Positions 8,978-16,932 of a stretch of DNA of 64,000 nucleotides are shown here, one piece after another. The notes under the pieces were generated by a model. The model was not told the origin of the DNA. It did not search any database and saw only the letters and a program-made list of their open reading frames with translations. Position numbers and translations under genes: made by a program. Origin of the DNA: Gammaproteobacteria bacterium (lineage in GTDB: Bacteria; Pseudomonadota; Gammaproteobacteria; Pseudomonadales; UBA5518); the NCBI GenBank assembly GCA_016705365.1, contig JADIYI010000008.1:559787-623786 (forward strand), given 5' to 3'. The stretch's first letter is position 1. Each line of letters begins with the position of its first letter.

Positions 8978-10195
8978 ATGAGTGAAAATACCCTGCATGC
9001 AGCGAACGACGGCGACTCGCCGCAGCTCGTTCCGGAGCTCGACAATTTTTCGCTCGTGCTCGGCGGGCCGCTGTACCAGCTGTTCCGCAGGCTGCGCCTC
9101 GAGGACCAGGCCGAGGATTATCTGAGGAGGCGTATTTTCGTCCTCGCCGGGATCGCCTGGATACCGCTGCTGCTGCTGTGCCTGGCAGAGGGAACGCTCT
9201 TTGGCGGGGTGGCAATCCCCTTCATCGGCGACATCGAGACCCATGTACGGTTCTTGCTGGCATTGCCGCTCCTGGTTGTTGCGGAGCTCGTCGTGCATCT
9301 GCGCATGCGTGGTATCGTGGCCCAGTTTCTCGAGCGAAGGCTCGTCTCGGGGCACACGCTGCGGCAATTTCGTGCCGCTCTCCTGTCGGCGATGGAGCTG
9401 CGCAATTCGACGCTCGCCGAGCTGTTGCTGCTGGCGATCATTGTCCCGGTCACCTACTACCTGCGGGCGGATTTTCTCGCTCCGGAGGTTCCAACCTGGT
9501 ACGCGCGGCTGGTCGAGGGCGGCAATATCACGCTTGCGGGATACTGGTACTGGTGGGTCAGCAATCCCCTGCTGCAATTCCTGGTACTGAGGTGGTACTT
9601 TCGCCTCTTCATCTGGGCGCGCTTCCTGTGGCGGGTTTCGCGAATCGAGCTTGCGCTGCTGCCAACGCACCCGGATCGTGCGGCGGGTCTCGGGTTCCTC
9701 GGTGAGAGCGCGTACGCACAGGCTCCGCTGCTTGCGGCCCACGGCGCCGCGGTTGCCGGACTCATCGCCAACCACATTTTTCATGAAGGGGCCTCGCTGG
9801 CGGCATTCAAGCTCGAGATCGTCCTGCTGGTCCTGATCCTGCTGTTCATGGTGCTGCTGCCGCTCTGCGTCTTTGCGCCCGCAATCCTCGCCGCAAAGCG
9901 ACAAGGGCTGCGCGAATACGGCCGCTTTGCCAGTCACTACATGCGCGAATTCGATCGCCGCTGGTTGCGCAGTTCGGACCACGACGGCGAGAGCATGCTC
10001 GGTTCGGGCGATATGCAGTCGCTGGCCGACCTCGGCACCGCGTTCTGCGTGATCCGGGAAATCAAGGCAGTACCCTTCGGGCGCGATACGCTGTGGATGC
10101 TGCTCGTTGCGACGCTGGCCCCCATCGCCCCTCTGGTTTTCACGATGATTCCTCTGGAGGAACTGCTCAACCGCCTGATCGGGGCGGTATTCTGA
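8978..10195 (+). CDS. Polytopic inner-membrane protein, unknown function
   Basis: 405-aa ORF with several long hydrophobic segments (IFVLAGIAWIPLLLLCLA, FLLALPLLVVAELVV, LEIVLLVLILLFMVLLPLCVFAPAILA, LWMLLVATLAPIAPLVF). Starts 45 bp from the divergent 8932 start. Coding-type codon bias. Confidence 0.6.
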   Translation: MSENTLHAANDGDSPQLVPELDNFSLVLGGPLYQLFRRLRLEDQAEDYLRRRIFVLAGIAWIPLLLLCLAEGTLFGGVAIPFIGDIETHVRFLLALPLLVVAELVVHLRMRGIVAQFLERRLVSGHTLRQFRAALLSAMELRNSTLAELLLLAIIVPVTYYLRADFLAPEVPTWYARLVEGGNITLAGYWYWWVSNPLLQFLVLRWYFRLFIWARFLWRVSRIELALLPTHPDRAAGLGFLGESAYAQAPLLAAHGAAVAGLIANHIFHEGASLAAFKLEIVLLVLILLFMVLLPLCVFAPAILAAKRQGLREYGRFASHYMREFDRRWLRSSDHDGESMLGSGDMQSLADLGTAFCVIREIKAVPFGRDTLWMLLVATLAPIAPLVFTMIPLEELLNRLIGAVF

Positions 10196-10219
10196 GCGGG
10201 CAGCGCCGGGCGGTCCGCC

Positions 10220-11032
10220 TCAGTAGCCCGGCGGCGCGTTGACGATGACATAGGTCACGCCGCTGTTGGCATAGGATTGTGAGTACCACGACGATCCGCA
10301 CCGGTAATAGCCAACGCCGCTCACGTTGTAGAACGTTGCCGAGCAGGGCAGGGTCGAGTAATAGACCGGTGCCGTTGCCGCGGCGACCACCGCTGCGGTG
10401 CCGACAACAGCGGCACCGACGATGATTGCCTCGGCGAGGTCGTCATTGTCCCAATCGTTGTCCCAGTCACCGTCGATTTCGTCGTCGTAGAAATCCTGCC
10501 GGTCTTCGCGGGCATCATCGGCGTGCTCCTGCCAGTCCTCGCGGTTCTGGTCCTGGTTGTCCTGGCGATCCTGCTGACGATCGCCGGCCGTGTCCTGGCG
10601 TTGGGTCTGCCTGTCTCCGCTGGTGTCCTGTCGCTGGGTCTGCCTGTCTCCGCTGGTGTCTTGTCGCTGGGTCTGGCGATCGGATGCGGCAACCTGCCCG
10701 TCCTGCCGGGTCTGGCTACGCTGGTCCGCTGCCCGCGCCTGCTGATTGCCCGGCTGCTGTGCGGCCTGCGTGCGCTGGGATGTTTGGGGGGGCCGCTGCT
10801 GCGATGTCTGCGGACGCTGGCTGCTTCGGCTGGAGGCGCTGCTGCGCTGGGAACCGCCGCGCGAGGAGAAGCCGCCATTTGCCGCCGGACCGCTGCGCGA
10901 GAATCCGCCGCCGCCCCGTCCACCACCACCACGTCCGCCGCCGCGCGCATCCGCCTCCTGCTGGATATAACCGGCCAGGATGAAAAGCATGGTCACCATG
11001 CAGGCGGCCCATTTGCGGGTGTGGCGGTTCAT
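10220..11032 (-). CDS. Secreted or membrane-anchored low-complexity protein: RGG block, S/Q/P block, DRQTQRQDTSG repeats, acidic D/E/W block, Gly/Ala/Val hydrophobic helix, Cys/Tyr-rich C-terminal domain
   Basis: ATG at 11032 overlaps the stop of the upstream DUF2092 gene (ATGA). Signal-like N-terminus MNRHTRKWAACMVTMLFILAGYI. Compositional blocks are read directly from the translation. Confidence 0.7.
   Translation of the reverse strand: MNRHTRKWAACMVTMLFILAGYIQQEADARGGGRGGGGRGGGGFSRSGPAANGGFSSRGGSQRSSASSRSSQRPQTSQQRPPQTSQRTQAAQQPGNQQARAADQRSQTRQDGQVAASDRQTQRQDTSGDRQTQRQDTSGDRQTQRQDTAGDRQQDRQDNQDQNREDWQEHADDAREDRQDFYDDEIDGDWDNDWDNDDLAEAIIVGAAVVGTAAVVAAATAPVYYSTLPCSATFYNVSGVGYYRCGSSWYSQSYANSGVTYVIVNAPPGY
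10591..10689. repeat. 33-bp tandem repeat, about 2.5-3 copies, inside the low-complexity CDS
   Basis: TGTCCTGGCGTTGGGTCTGCCTGTCTCCGCTGG (10591-10623) / TGTCCTGTCGCTGGGTCTGCCTGTCTCCGCTGG (10624-10656) / a diverged third copy. Encodes DRQTQRQDT(S/A)G on the minus strand. Confidence 0.85.
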
Positions 11033-11868
11033 GGTTGTTCTCCCTCGAGCGATTCGGCCGCCGGCGGCAGTGCGACCATGGAACCCATGCGGGCCAGGAA
11101 CTGGATTTTTCGCGCGTCCTTCGGCGGTTTGAAAGCGAACACTGCATCGACGGTGTCAGGCGCGAGATTCCAATCGACAAACTGGGCGCGAAACTGGGGC
11201 TGGCCCTTGTAATCCCGGTAAGTCAGCACGATGCGAAGCGGCAACGGCTGCGGGCCGTCGCTTACCCAGATCTGGAAATCCACGGTATCGCCGCGCGCAC
11301 TCAGATGATGCGCGGGGGCGCCGAAAATCGTCGTTGATTCGACATAATCGACCGTCTTTACGCGGCGCTCGAATGCGCGTGGCAGGCTTTCGGTCAGCAG
11401 CAGTGCAAGCGGCAGACGCATCTTCAGATCGCCAACGAAGGTTTTCAGCGCCGCGTCGATGTCTCCCGCCTGCTTGCTCTGTGCATAGACGTTCTCGTCA
11501 CCGCTGAACGCCGAGAGAGTCTTGCCGTCGAAGAGCAGCTGGTTTGTCTCGCCGTTGCTTTCCTCGACCTCGACGCGCAGATGGTCGGGCCGGCGAACCG
11601 TGATCCTGCGGATTGCGGCAAATTCGAGCTTTTCCCCCGTATCCTGCAAGGAGTCGTATGCGCTCAAGACGCGCATGCTGTAGCGCGGGGTCTTTGCCAT
11701 GAACTGCGCCATGCCCATGAGGATGGCGCGGGCATCCGGGGCGCTCGCCGTCGGCTCGGCGCCGGAAGCGACCGGCGCGTCCTCGGCGTAGCATTTGCCG
11801 CCGACCGTCGCCGCCAGCACGAGGGATGCGCAGAAAGAAAAAAACCTGTTCGATCGTTTGCGGTTCAT
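11029..11868 (-). CDS. DUF2092-type periplasmic protein (LolA-like fold)
   Basis: ATG at 11868 (MNRKRSNRFFSFCASLVLAATVGG, signal peptide). The ORF-track start at 11925 is rejected. Body (AILMGMAQFMAKTPRYSMRV...RITVRRPDHLRVEVE...LLFDGKTLS) resembles the DUF2092/LolA-like family as I recall it. Confidence 0.65.
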   Translation of the reverse strand: MNRKRSNRFFSFCASLVLAATVGGKCYAEDAPVASGAEPTASAPDARAILMGMAQFMAKTPRYSMRVLSAYDSLQDTGEKLEFAAIRRITVRRPDHLRVEVEESNGETNQLLFDGKTLSAFSGDENVYAQSKQAGDIDAALKTFVGDLKMRLPLALLLTESLPRAFERRVKTVDYVESTTIFGAPAHHLSARGDTVDFQIWVSDGPQPLPLRIVLTYRDYKGQPQFRAQFVDWNLAPDTVDAVFAFKPPKDARKIQFLARMGSMVALPPAAESLEGEQP

Positions 11869-11902
11869 CGGGTTCGACCTCGGGAAAATGTTATCTGGCA
11901 CT

Positions 11903-13582
11903 TCATGAAACGGCCTTGCGCGCAACGCTCGCCACCGCGGCTTCCACGGTCGCGAACATCCCGGCCGATCCCAGTGTCTCGGGGAGACTGGTACGGCGCA
12001 CGGCGCTCAGCGAAGTCGGGTTCAGCGCGGCCAGCACAAGGTTGATACCCCGAGCACGGAATCCGGCAGCCATTTCCACCAGTCCTTTCAGCGCGGTGTA
12101 TTCGAAATCCGGGATCGCGCCGCAGTCGAGAATCAGCGCCGTGGGCATTGCCGATTCCACCAGTTCGCGCAGCTTCTCGCCGACGTTCTGCGCATTGGCA
12201 AAGTAGACGCGGCCCTCGATACGCGCGATCAGGAGTCCTGGCGTCGATTCGTCCTCCCGGTGCTCCGCAGAGCGGGGGCGAAACACGTTGGTGCCCGGCT
12301 TGCGGCGCAGTTCGTAGACCATGGGGTTGTTTGCCTGATACATCAGGCTCAGCATCGACAGCAGCACGGCAACCAGGATTCCCTTCAAGGTCCCGAGAAA
12401 TATCACGCCGAGAAAGGCCGCGATGGCCCAGCGGAACTCGACTGCGCGGACTTTCAGGATTGCCCGCATCTCGCCGGGATCGATCAGGCCCACCGAATAG
12501 GCGATCACGACCGCAGCCAGCGTGGCATGCGGCATCTTGCCTATGATCGGAGCAAGAAAGAGCATCGTCGCCAGCGCGGTCAGGGCCGCGACCATCCCGG
12601 CAACCTGGCTTCTGGCGCCAGCCAGGGTGTTTATGGCGGTCTGCGATGTCCCGCCACCTCCCGGCATCGCGCCAAAAAAGCCGCCCACCACATTGCCCAT
12701 CCCGGTTGCCACCAGCTCCTGATCCGATACCACCCGGGCTTCACCCTCGCGGCGGAACGCGCGGGCCGCCGCGATGGTCTCGGTGAAGCTCATCAGCGCA
12801 ATGCCGAGCGCCGCCGGCCACAGCATCAGCAGCAGACTCCGGTCCGGGCTCGAGAACGCTGGCAGCCCGCCAGGAACGGTCCCGACGACACTGACGCCAG
12901 CGGCCTCCAGCCCCAGCAGTGACGAGGCGGCAATCGCCCCGCCAATGGCAATCACCGGCGCCGGCGCGCGCGGCAATACTTTGGCGACCAGCACCAGGCA
13001 TAACAGGGTGGCGACGGCAACCAGCAGCGTCGTCATCGAACTGTGAGGCAGCCCGGATGCGATCGCGAACAGGTCGCGCAGGAATCCGCTCTTGTCGATA
13101 TGCACGCCGAGTACCTTGGGCAACTGGTCGACGACGATGACGCAACCGATGCCGGCCTTGAAGCCGGTGAGCACCGGGTCGGAGATGAAGCTGGCGAGGA
13201 AACCGAGCCGCAGCACGCGCGCTGCCAGCAGCATCAGGCCAACCAGCAGCGAGAGTGTTGCGGTTGCCGTCAGCAGTGGGATATCCGGCTGCGCGGCGGC
13301 CACCTCCCCGAGCGCGGCGCCCGAAAGGATGGCGATGGTGGTGGTCGTGGTCACGCTCAGGGTCGCAGAGGTACCCAGCGGCACGTAGACGAGCGGCGGG
13401 ATGAACGCCGTGTACAGGCCCACCTGAAGCGGGAGGCCGGCGATCGCCGCATAGGCCATGGCCTTGGGAATCACCACGGCTGCCGCGGTCAGGCCCGCGA
13501 CGATGTCAGCTCCCAGCCAGCCCCGTCGGTAACGTGCGATCCAGCCGATCGCGGGGACGAGGCTCCTCGAGGTGCTGTTCAC
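11903..13582 (-). CDS. SulP-family anion transporter with C-terminal STAS domain
   Basis: GTG start preceded by GGGAGA. N-terminal WLGADIVAGLTAAAVVIPKAMAYAAIAGLPLQVGLYTAF is the SulP signature region. C-terminal STAS-like segment (LLIARIEGRVYFANAQNV...ILDCGAIPDFEYTALKGL). Confidence 0.9.
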   Translation of the reverse strand: MNSTSRSLVPAIGWIARYRRGWLGADIVAGLTAAAVVIPKAMAYAAIAGLPLQVGLYTAFIPPLVYVPLGTSATLSVTTTTTIAILSGAALGEVAAAQPDIPLLTATATLSLLVGLMLLAARVLRLGFLASFISDPVLTGFKAGIGCVIVVDQLPKVLGVHIDKSGFLRDLFAIASGLPHSSMTTLLVAVATLLCLVLVAKVLPRAPAPVIAIGGAIAASSLLGLEAAGVSVVGTVPGGLPAFSSPDRSLLLMLWPAALGIALMSFTETIAAARAFRREGEARVVSDQELVATGMGNVVGGFFGAMPGGGGTSQTAINTLAGARSQVAGMVAALTALATMLFLAPIIGKMPHATLAAVVIAYSVGLIDPGEMRAILKVRAVEFRWAIAAFLGVIFLGTLKGILVAVLLSMLSLMYQANNPMVYELRRKPGTNVFRPRSAEHREDESTPGLLIARIEGRVYFANAQNVGEKLRELVESAMPTALILDCGAIPDFEYTALKGLVEMAAGFRARGINLVLAALNPTSLSAVRRTSLPETLGSAGMFATVEAAVASVARKAVS

Positions 13583-13677
13583 TGTCGATCATCTCCCTTG
13601 AGCCTGCGTGTCGCGCGCAACGCACAGAACAAAACTCGTGTGCCGGGTCCCGGTGGCGGCACCGGCGGTTGCGCTAA

Positions 13678-14187
13678 TCAATATTTGACTGAGTAGCCCC
13701 GCGCTTCTATGCAGGCACCGTAAGCACTCTTGAACCCATCGAGCTGCGCCGCAGCTTGCTGCTGGGCCGATTGCTGCGCCTGCTGTGCCTGCTGTTCTTT
13801 CTGCTGGCGGTCGGTCGCACCGCCGCGCATGACGCCGAGGGTCGCGCCGATCGCGGCGCCCTTGCCCCCGTCATCGCCGGCGACCTCCCCGATGATCGCG
13901 CCACCGACAGCTCCGCGAGCCGCGCCACGCAGCCGCGACCCGCTTGCCTGCTGCTGAGCTGGAGCCGCCGCCGTCGCCGGCGGTGGATTGAGCGGATCGT
14001 AACCGGTCTGGCCCTTGGCCCAGCCGAAGCATTCGTAGTCGTCCTTGCCTTGTTGCTCCGCTGACTGGTCCTTCGCCGGGTAGATGTAAACCCCGACCGA
14101 CGAGGCGAGCGTATCCGCGTGCGTGCCTGCCGAAGCGACCGTGGCCAGCAGGGCCATCGCGGCAAAAGAAACAAATCGTGTATTCAT
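13678..14187 (-). CDS. Secreted glycine-zipper protein with Gln-rich tail
   Basis: ATG at 14187 (MNTRFVSFAAMALLATVASAG, signal peptide). The ORF-track start at 14469 is rejected. Glycine zipper GAARGAVGGAIIGEVAGDDGGKGAAIGATLG. Q-rich QQKEQQAQQAQQSAQQQ. Confidence 0.6.
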   Translation of the reverse strand: MNTRFVSFAAMALLATVASAGTHADTLASSVGVYIYPAKDQSAEQQGKDDYECFGWAKGQTGYDPLNPPPATAAAPAQQQASGSRLRGAARGAVGGAIIGEVAGDDGGKGAAIGATLGVMRGGATDRQQKEQQAQQAQQSAQQQAAAQLDGFKSAYGACIEARGYSVKY

Positions 14188-14288
14188 CAACAGCTCCTTG
14201 GGAGCATTGGGCAGCATCAGGGCAAATGCACCGGATATGACTTTTGCAACTGCACGCTTGGGTATCATGACGCGCTGGTGCGGAATCA

Positions 14289-15125
14289 CTAAAACGCTTC
14301 GGGAATCACCTTGGCGCCGGCCGGAAGCGAGGACTTTGTCCTGGCCACCTTGCGTTTTGGCAGTCTTACCTTGTCCGCTTTGACGGACTTGTACGGAATG
14401 CAGCTCAACAGGTGCGTGATCAGATTCAGACGCAGTCGCTTCTTGTCGTCGGAATTGGCCACGTACCATGGCGCGGATGTAGTGTCGGTAGCCTGCAGCA
14501 TTTCGTTGCGCGCCCTGGTGTAATCATCCCAGCGGGTGTAGGACTTGAGGTCCATCGGTGTCAGCTTCCAGATCTTGCGTTCGTCGTCGATGCGATCCAT
14601 CAGCCGGCGTGTCTGCTCGTCGGGACTGACTTCCAGCCAGTACTTGATGAGGATGATGCCCGACTGAACCATCGCCATTTCGACCAGCGGCACGCCAAGC
14701 AGGAAATGCTGCGCCTGCTCGTCCGTGCAAAACCCCATCACGCGCTCCACACCGGCACGGTTGTACCAGCTGCGGTCGAATATCACGACCTCTCCTGCCG
14801 AGGGAAAATGCTGCACGTATCGCTGCAGGTACATCTGGCTCTTCTCGCGCTCGGTTGGTGCAGGGAGTGCCACCACCCGGAATACCCTCGGGCTCACGCG
14901 CTCGGTGATCGCCTTGATGGTCCCGCCCTTGCCGGCACCGTCGCGGCCCTCGAACACGATGCACACCTTGGCGCCGGTTTTCTGCGCCCACTGTTGCACC
15001 TTCACCAGCTCGCCATGCAGCCGCTCGAGCTCCTTCTCGTACTCCTTGCGCTTCAGTTTTCCGTCCGGTTTCGCTTCAGCGCCCTTGGCGCGGCCGGGCT
15101 TGCCGCGATTGCCTTTCGTGGTCAT
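14289..15125 (-). CDS. ppk2: Polyphosphate kinase 2 (PPK2 family)
   Basis: GGAGG 6 nt upstream of ATG 15125. PPK2 Walker-A-type motif FEGRDGAGKGGTI, plus DRSWYNRAGVERVMGF and KIWKLTPMDL. Confidence 0.9.
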   Translation of the reverse strand: MTTKGNRGKPGRAKGAEAKPDGKLKRKEYEKELERLHGELVKVQQWAQKTGAKVCIVFEGRDGAGKGGTIKAITERVSPRVFRVVALPAPTEREKSQMYLQRYVQHFPSAGEVVIFDRSWYNRAGVERVMGFCTDEQAQHFLLGVPLVEMAMVQSGIILIKYWLEVSPDEQTRRLMDRIDDERKIWKLTPMDLKSYTRWDDYTRARNEMLQATDTTSAPWYVANSDDKKRLRLNLITHLLSCIPYKSVKADKVRLPKRKVARTKSSLPAGAKVIPEAF

Positions 15126-15144
15126 GATTCCTCCAGTGATCGAC

Positions 15145-15164
15145 GATTTTCCGCATGGAAAATC
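15145..15164. promoter_or_regulatory. Perfect palindrome GATTTTCC-GCAT-GGAAAATC in the ppk2 upstream region (candidate operator)
   Basis: 8-bp arms with a 4-bp spacer, 20 nt upstream of the ppk2 ATG, in the divergent intergenic region. Confidence 0.3.
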
Positions 15165-15355
15165 CGCTGCCGCGTTGTTTCGGGTCAAAACAGCCGCACC
15201 AAGCAGTTTTACGAGCGGTTTGCACAGGGTGCATTTCTAGCGGACTTCGATCGGCAATGCAATCGGAGATTGACAAGCTGCGACGAATGACGATTGAATC
15301 GAATTTTGCCGCGCAGGATCCACCAAGCAGCGGACCGGTATGGAGATCAGTTTTT

Positions 15356-15634
15356 ATGGCCGACCACGCTGATGACGGAGGCACCATCGTCGCTCTTCTC
15401 GATCGCTTCAGGTTGCAGCGCCTTCCCGCGGCGCTCGCGTTGAAGGAAAAGGTGGGCCGCGGTGAAAAGCTGAGCGACGCCGATCTCGAGTTTCTCGATC
15501 GCGTGCTCGAAGACATGCGCGATGGACAGCCGCTGGTGTCCCGCCATCCCGAGCTTGCGGCGCTTCTGGGCAAGGTTTCCGGCCTTTACAAGGAAATCAC
15601 CGACGCTGCGTTGGCAAACGAACAGGCCGGATGA
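15356..15634 (+). CDS. Small helical hypothetical protein (92 aa; start uncertain, alternatives 15257/15287)
   Basis: GGAGA 9 nt upstream of ATG 15356. Noticeably more T-ending codons than its neighbours. No family recognised. Confidence 0.45.
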   Translation: MADHADDGGTIVALLDRFRLQRLPAALALKEKVGRGEKLSDADLEFLDRVLEDMRDGQPLVSRHPELAALLGKVSGLYKEITDAALANEQAG

Positions 15635-15649
15635 ACGGCACTGCCGTGT

Positions 15650-16651
15650 CTATCGCAGGTACGATTTTGCCACGTTGAAGAAGTCCGTCTTTGCAGGCAA
15701 TGACCCGAACTCGATGTCGAGCAGCAAGATGACCGCCAGTCCGCCCCGGGAATCGCGCAGCTGTTGCAGGCTCATGGGGCGCGCGATCGAATCAGGCGTG
15801 GAGCGCAGCACGTTGCGGTGATCGAGAATCAGCGAGCGCGGTTCGATCCATAATTGCTGCTCTGCGGTGCCAAGCGCCGTCGTGAGCATCTGCAAATGCG
15901 TTTCCAGGGTTTCGGAATCGGCACCGATTGCATTGATCCCGGCCTCGATTTCCTCCAGCCGTCGTTCGAGTGCGGCGATATCCGGGGTTGCGGCATCCTC
16001 CTTGTCGAAATTCCAGCCAGCAGCCTTCAGCGTACTCAGTTTGCGTTTGAGCAGCGCGCGCTGCCCGCCCAGTTCCTGGCGGGAATCGCGGCGCTTGCCG
16101 ATCGCCTCGAGGACCTGTGCAAGCAGGTGATCGAAGGCGCGTCGCTTCAGCGCGCGCAGTGTTTCGGATGCGTCCGTGAACGGGTCCACGAGGCGATGCT
16201 CATCGAAACTGACAATGGTTTGCCGCACATCGCGTTTCATCATGCCCTCTTCCTGGTCGATGCCGAGGGTATGCTTTTCACTTATCTGTGCGACGAGCAG
16301 GGCGATATGGCGCGTGTTGGCTGCGCGCCGGGCCGCGTCGATGTTGCGATCGTTCGCGAGCACCTCGAGCATGCGCCGGGGGGAGGCGAACATCGCGCCC
16401 AGCAGCGGCTCGCCGCGATAACTCTCGCCGCTCACGACAACCGCTGCCGCCAAGCCATCGATCAGGCGCACGACATGATCGACGGCGTGCAGCACCGGCT
16501 CGCGCAGGCGTTTGCGATAGCCGCTCAGCGCGCGCAGCCGCGGATCGGTTCCGTCCACGGCGCGTTCTATCGCGGCTTCGACCAGTGATTCCGGATAGCC
16601 GGTGTCCTGCGTCGCGCGGCGCGCGAAAATCGACTGAAACAGGCTGAACAT
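15650..16651 (-). CDS. Hypothetical protein, 333 aa, predicted soluble with a coiled-coil-like central region
   Basis: Long ORF with coding-type codon bias. No motif recognised. Central segment RQELGGQRALLKRKLSTLKAAG...LERRLEEIEAGINAI. Confidence 0.6.
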   Translation of the reverse strand: MFSLFQSIFARRATQDTGYPESLVEAAIERAVDGTDPRLRALSGYRKRLREPVLHAVDHVVRLIDGLAAAVVVSGESYRGEPLLGAMFASPRRMLEVLANDRNIDAARRAANTRHIALLVAQISEKHTLGIDQEEGMMKRDVRQTIVSFDEHRLVDPFTDASETLRALKRRAFDHLLAQVLEAIGKRRDSRQELGGQRALLKRKLSTLKAAGWNFDKEDAATPDIAALERRLEEIEAGINAIGADSETLETHLQMLTTALGTAEQQLWIEPRSLILDHRNVLRSTPDSIARPMSLQQLRDSRGGLAVILLLDIEFGSLPAKTDFFNVAKSYLR

Positions 16652-16932
16652 AGGCTGCTCGATGCGTATCCATAGTTGACTGCAAATCGCCGGTCTTCAT
16701 GCTACCTGCTTTTTTGCAGACCGCCCAATTTGAGCGCACTCGCCAGGTATCGGGTCTGCGCGATCCGCTCTCCTCGCTGCCCTGGAAACGAAACCCCGTG
16801 CACGAGCTGTTTTTTTGTTCGCGAGCGCATCGCGTCGGGATATGACGTTATACTCGTGCGCTGGTTGCGTGGCCTGAAAAAACCGATGCGAAGTTCGGTG
16901 ACGTGCATCGTGGCAAGGGACCCGAAAGCTCC

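Noticed and set aside
10321-10983. Alternate-frame ORFs (209 aa minus strand, 185 aa and 229 aa plus strand) across the repeat-protein gene
   Set aside because: They are by-products of the low-complexity, repeat-rich GC sequence. The called frame is the only one with a signal peptide, an ATGA coupling to the upstream gene and a structured C-terminal domain.
16652-16932. Possible riboswitch or leader RNA in the 280-bp region upstream of the DUF1538 gene
   Set aside because: I looked for recognisable riboswitch cores (for example c-di-AMP/ydaO-like, SAM, TPP, glycine) and for a terminator/antiterminator pair. I found only weak 4-5 bp stems and a T-run without a preceding stable stem. There is no support beyond the length and lower GC.
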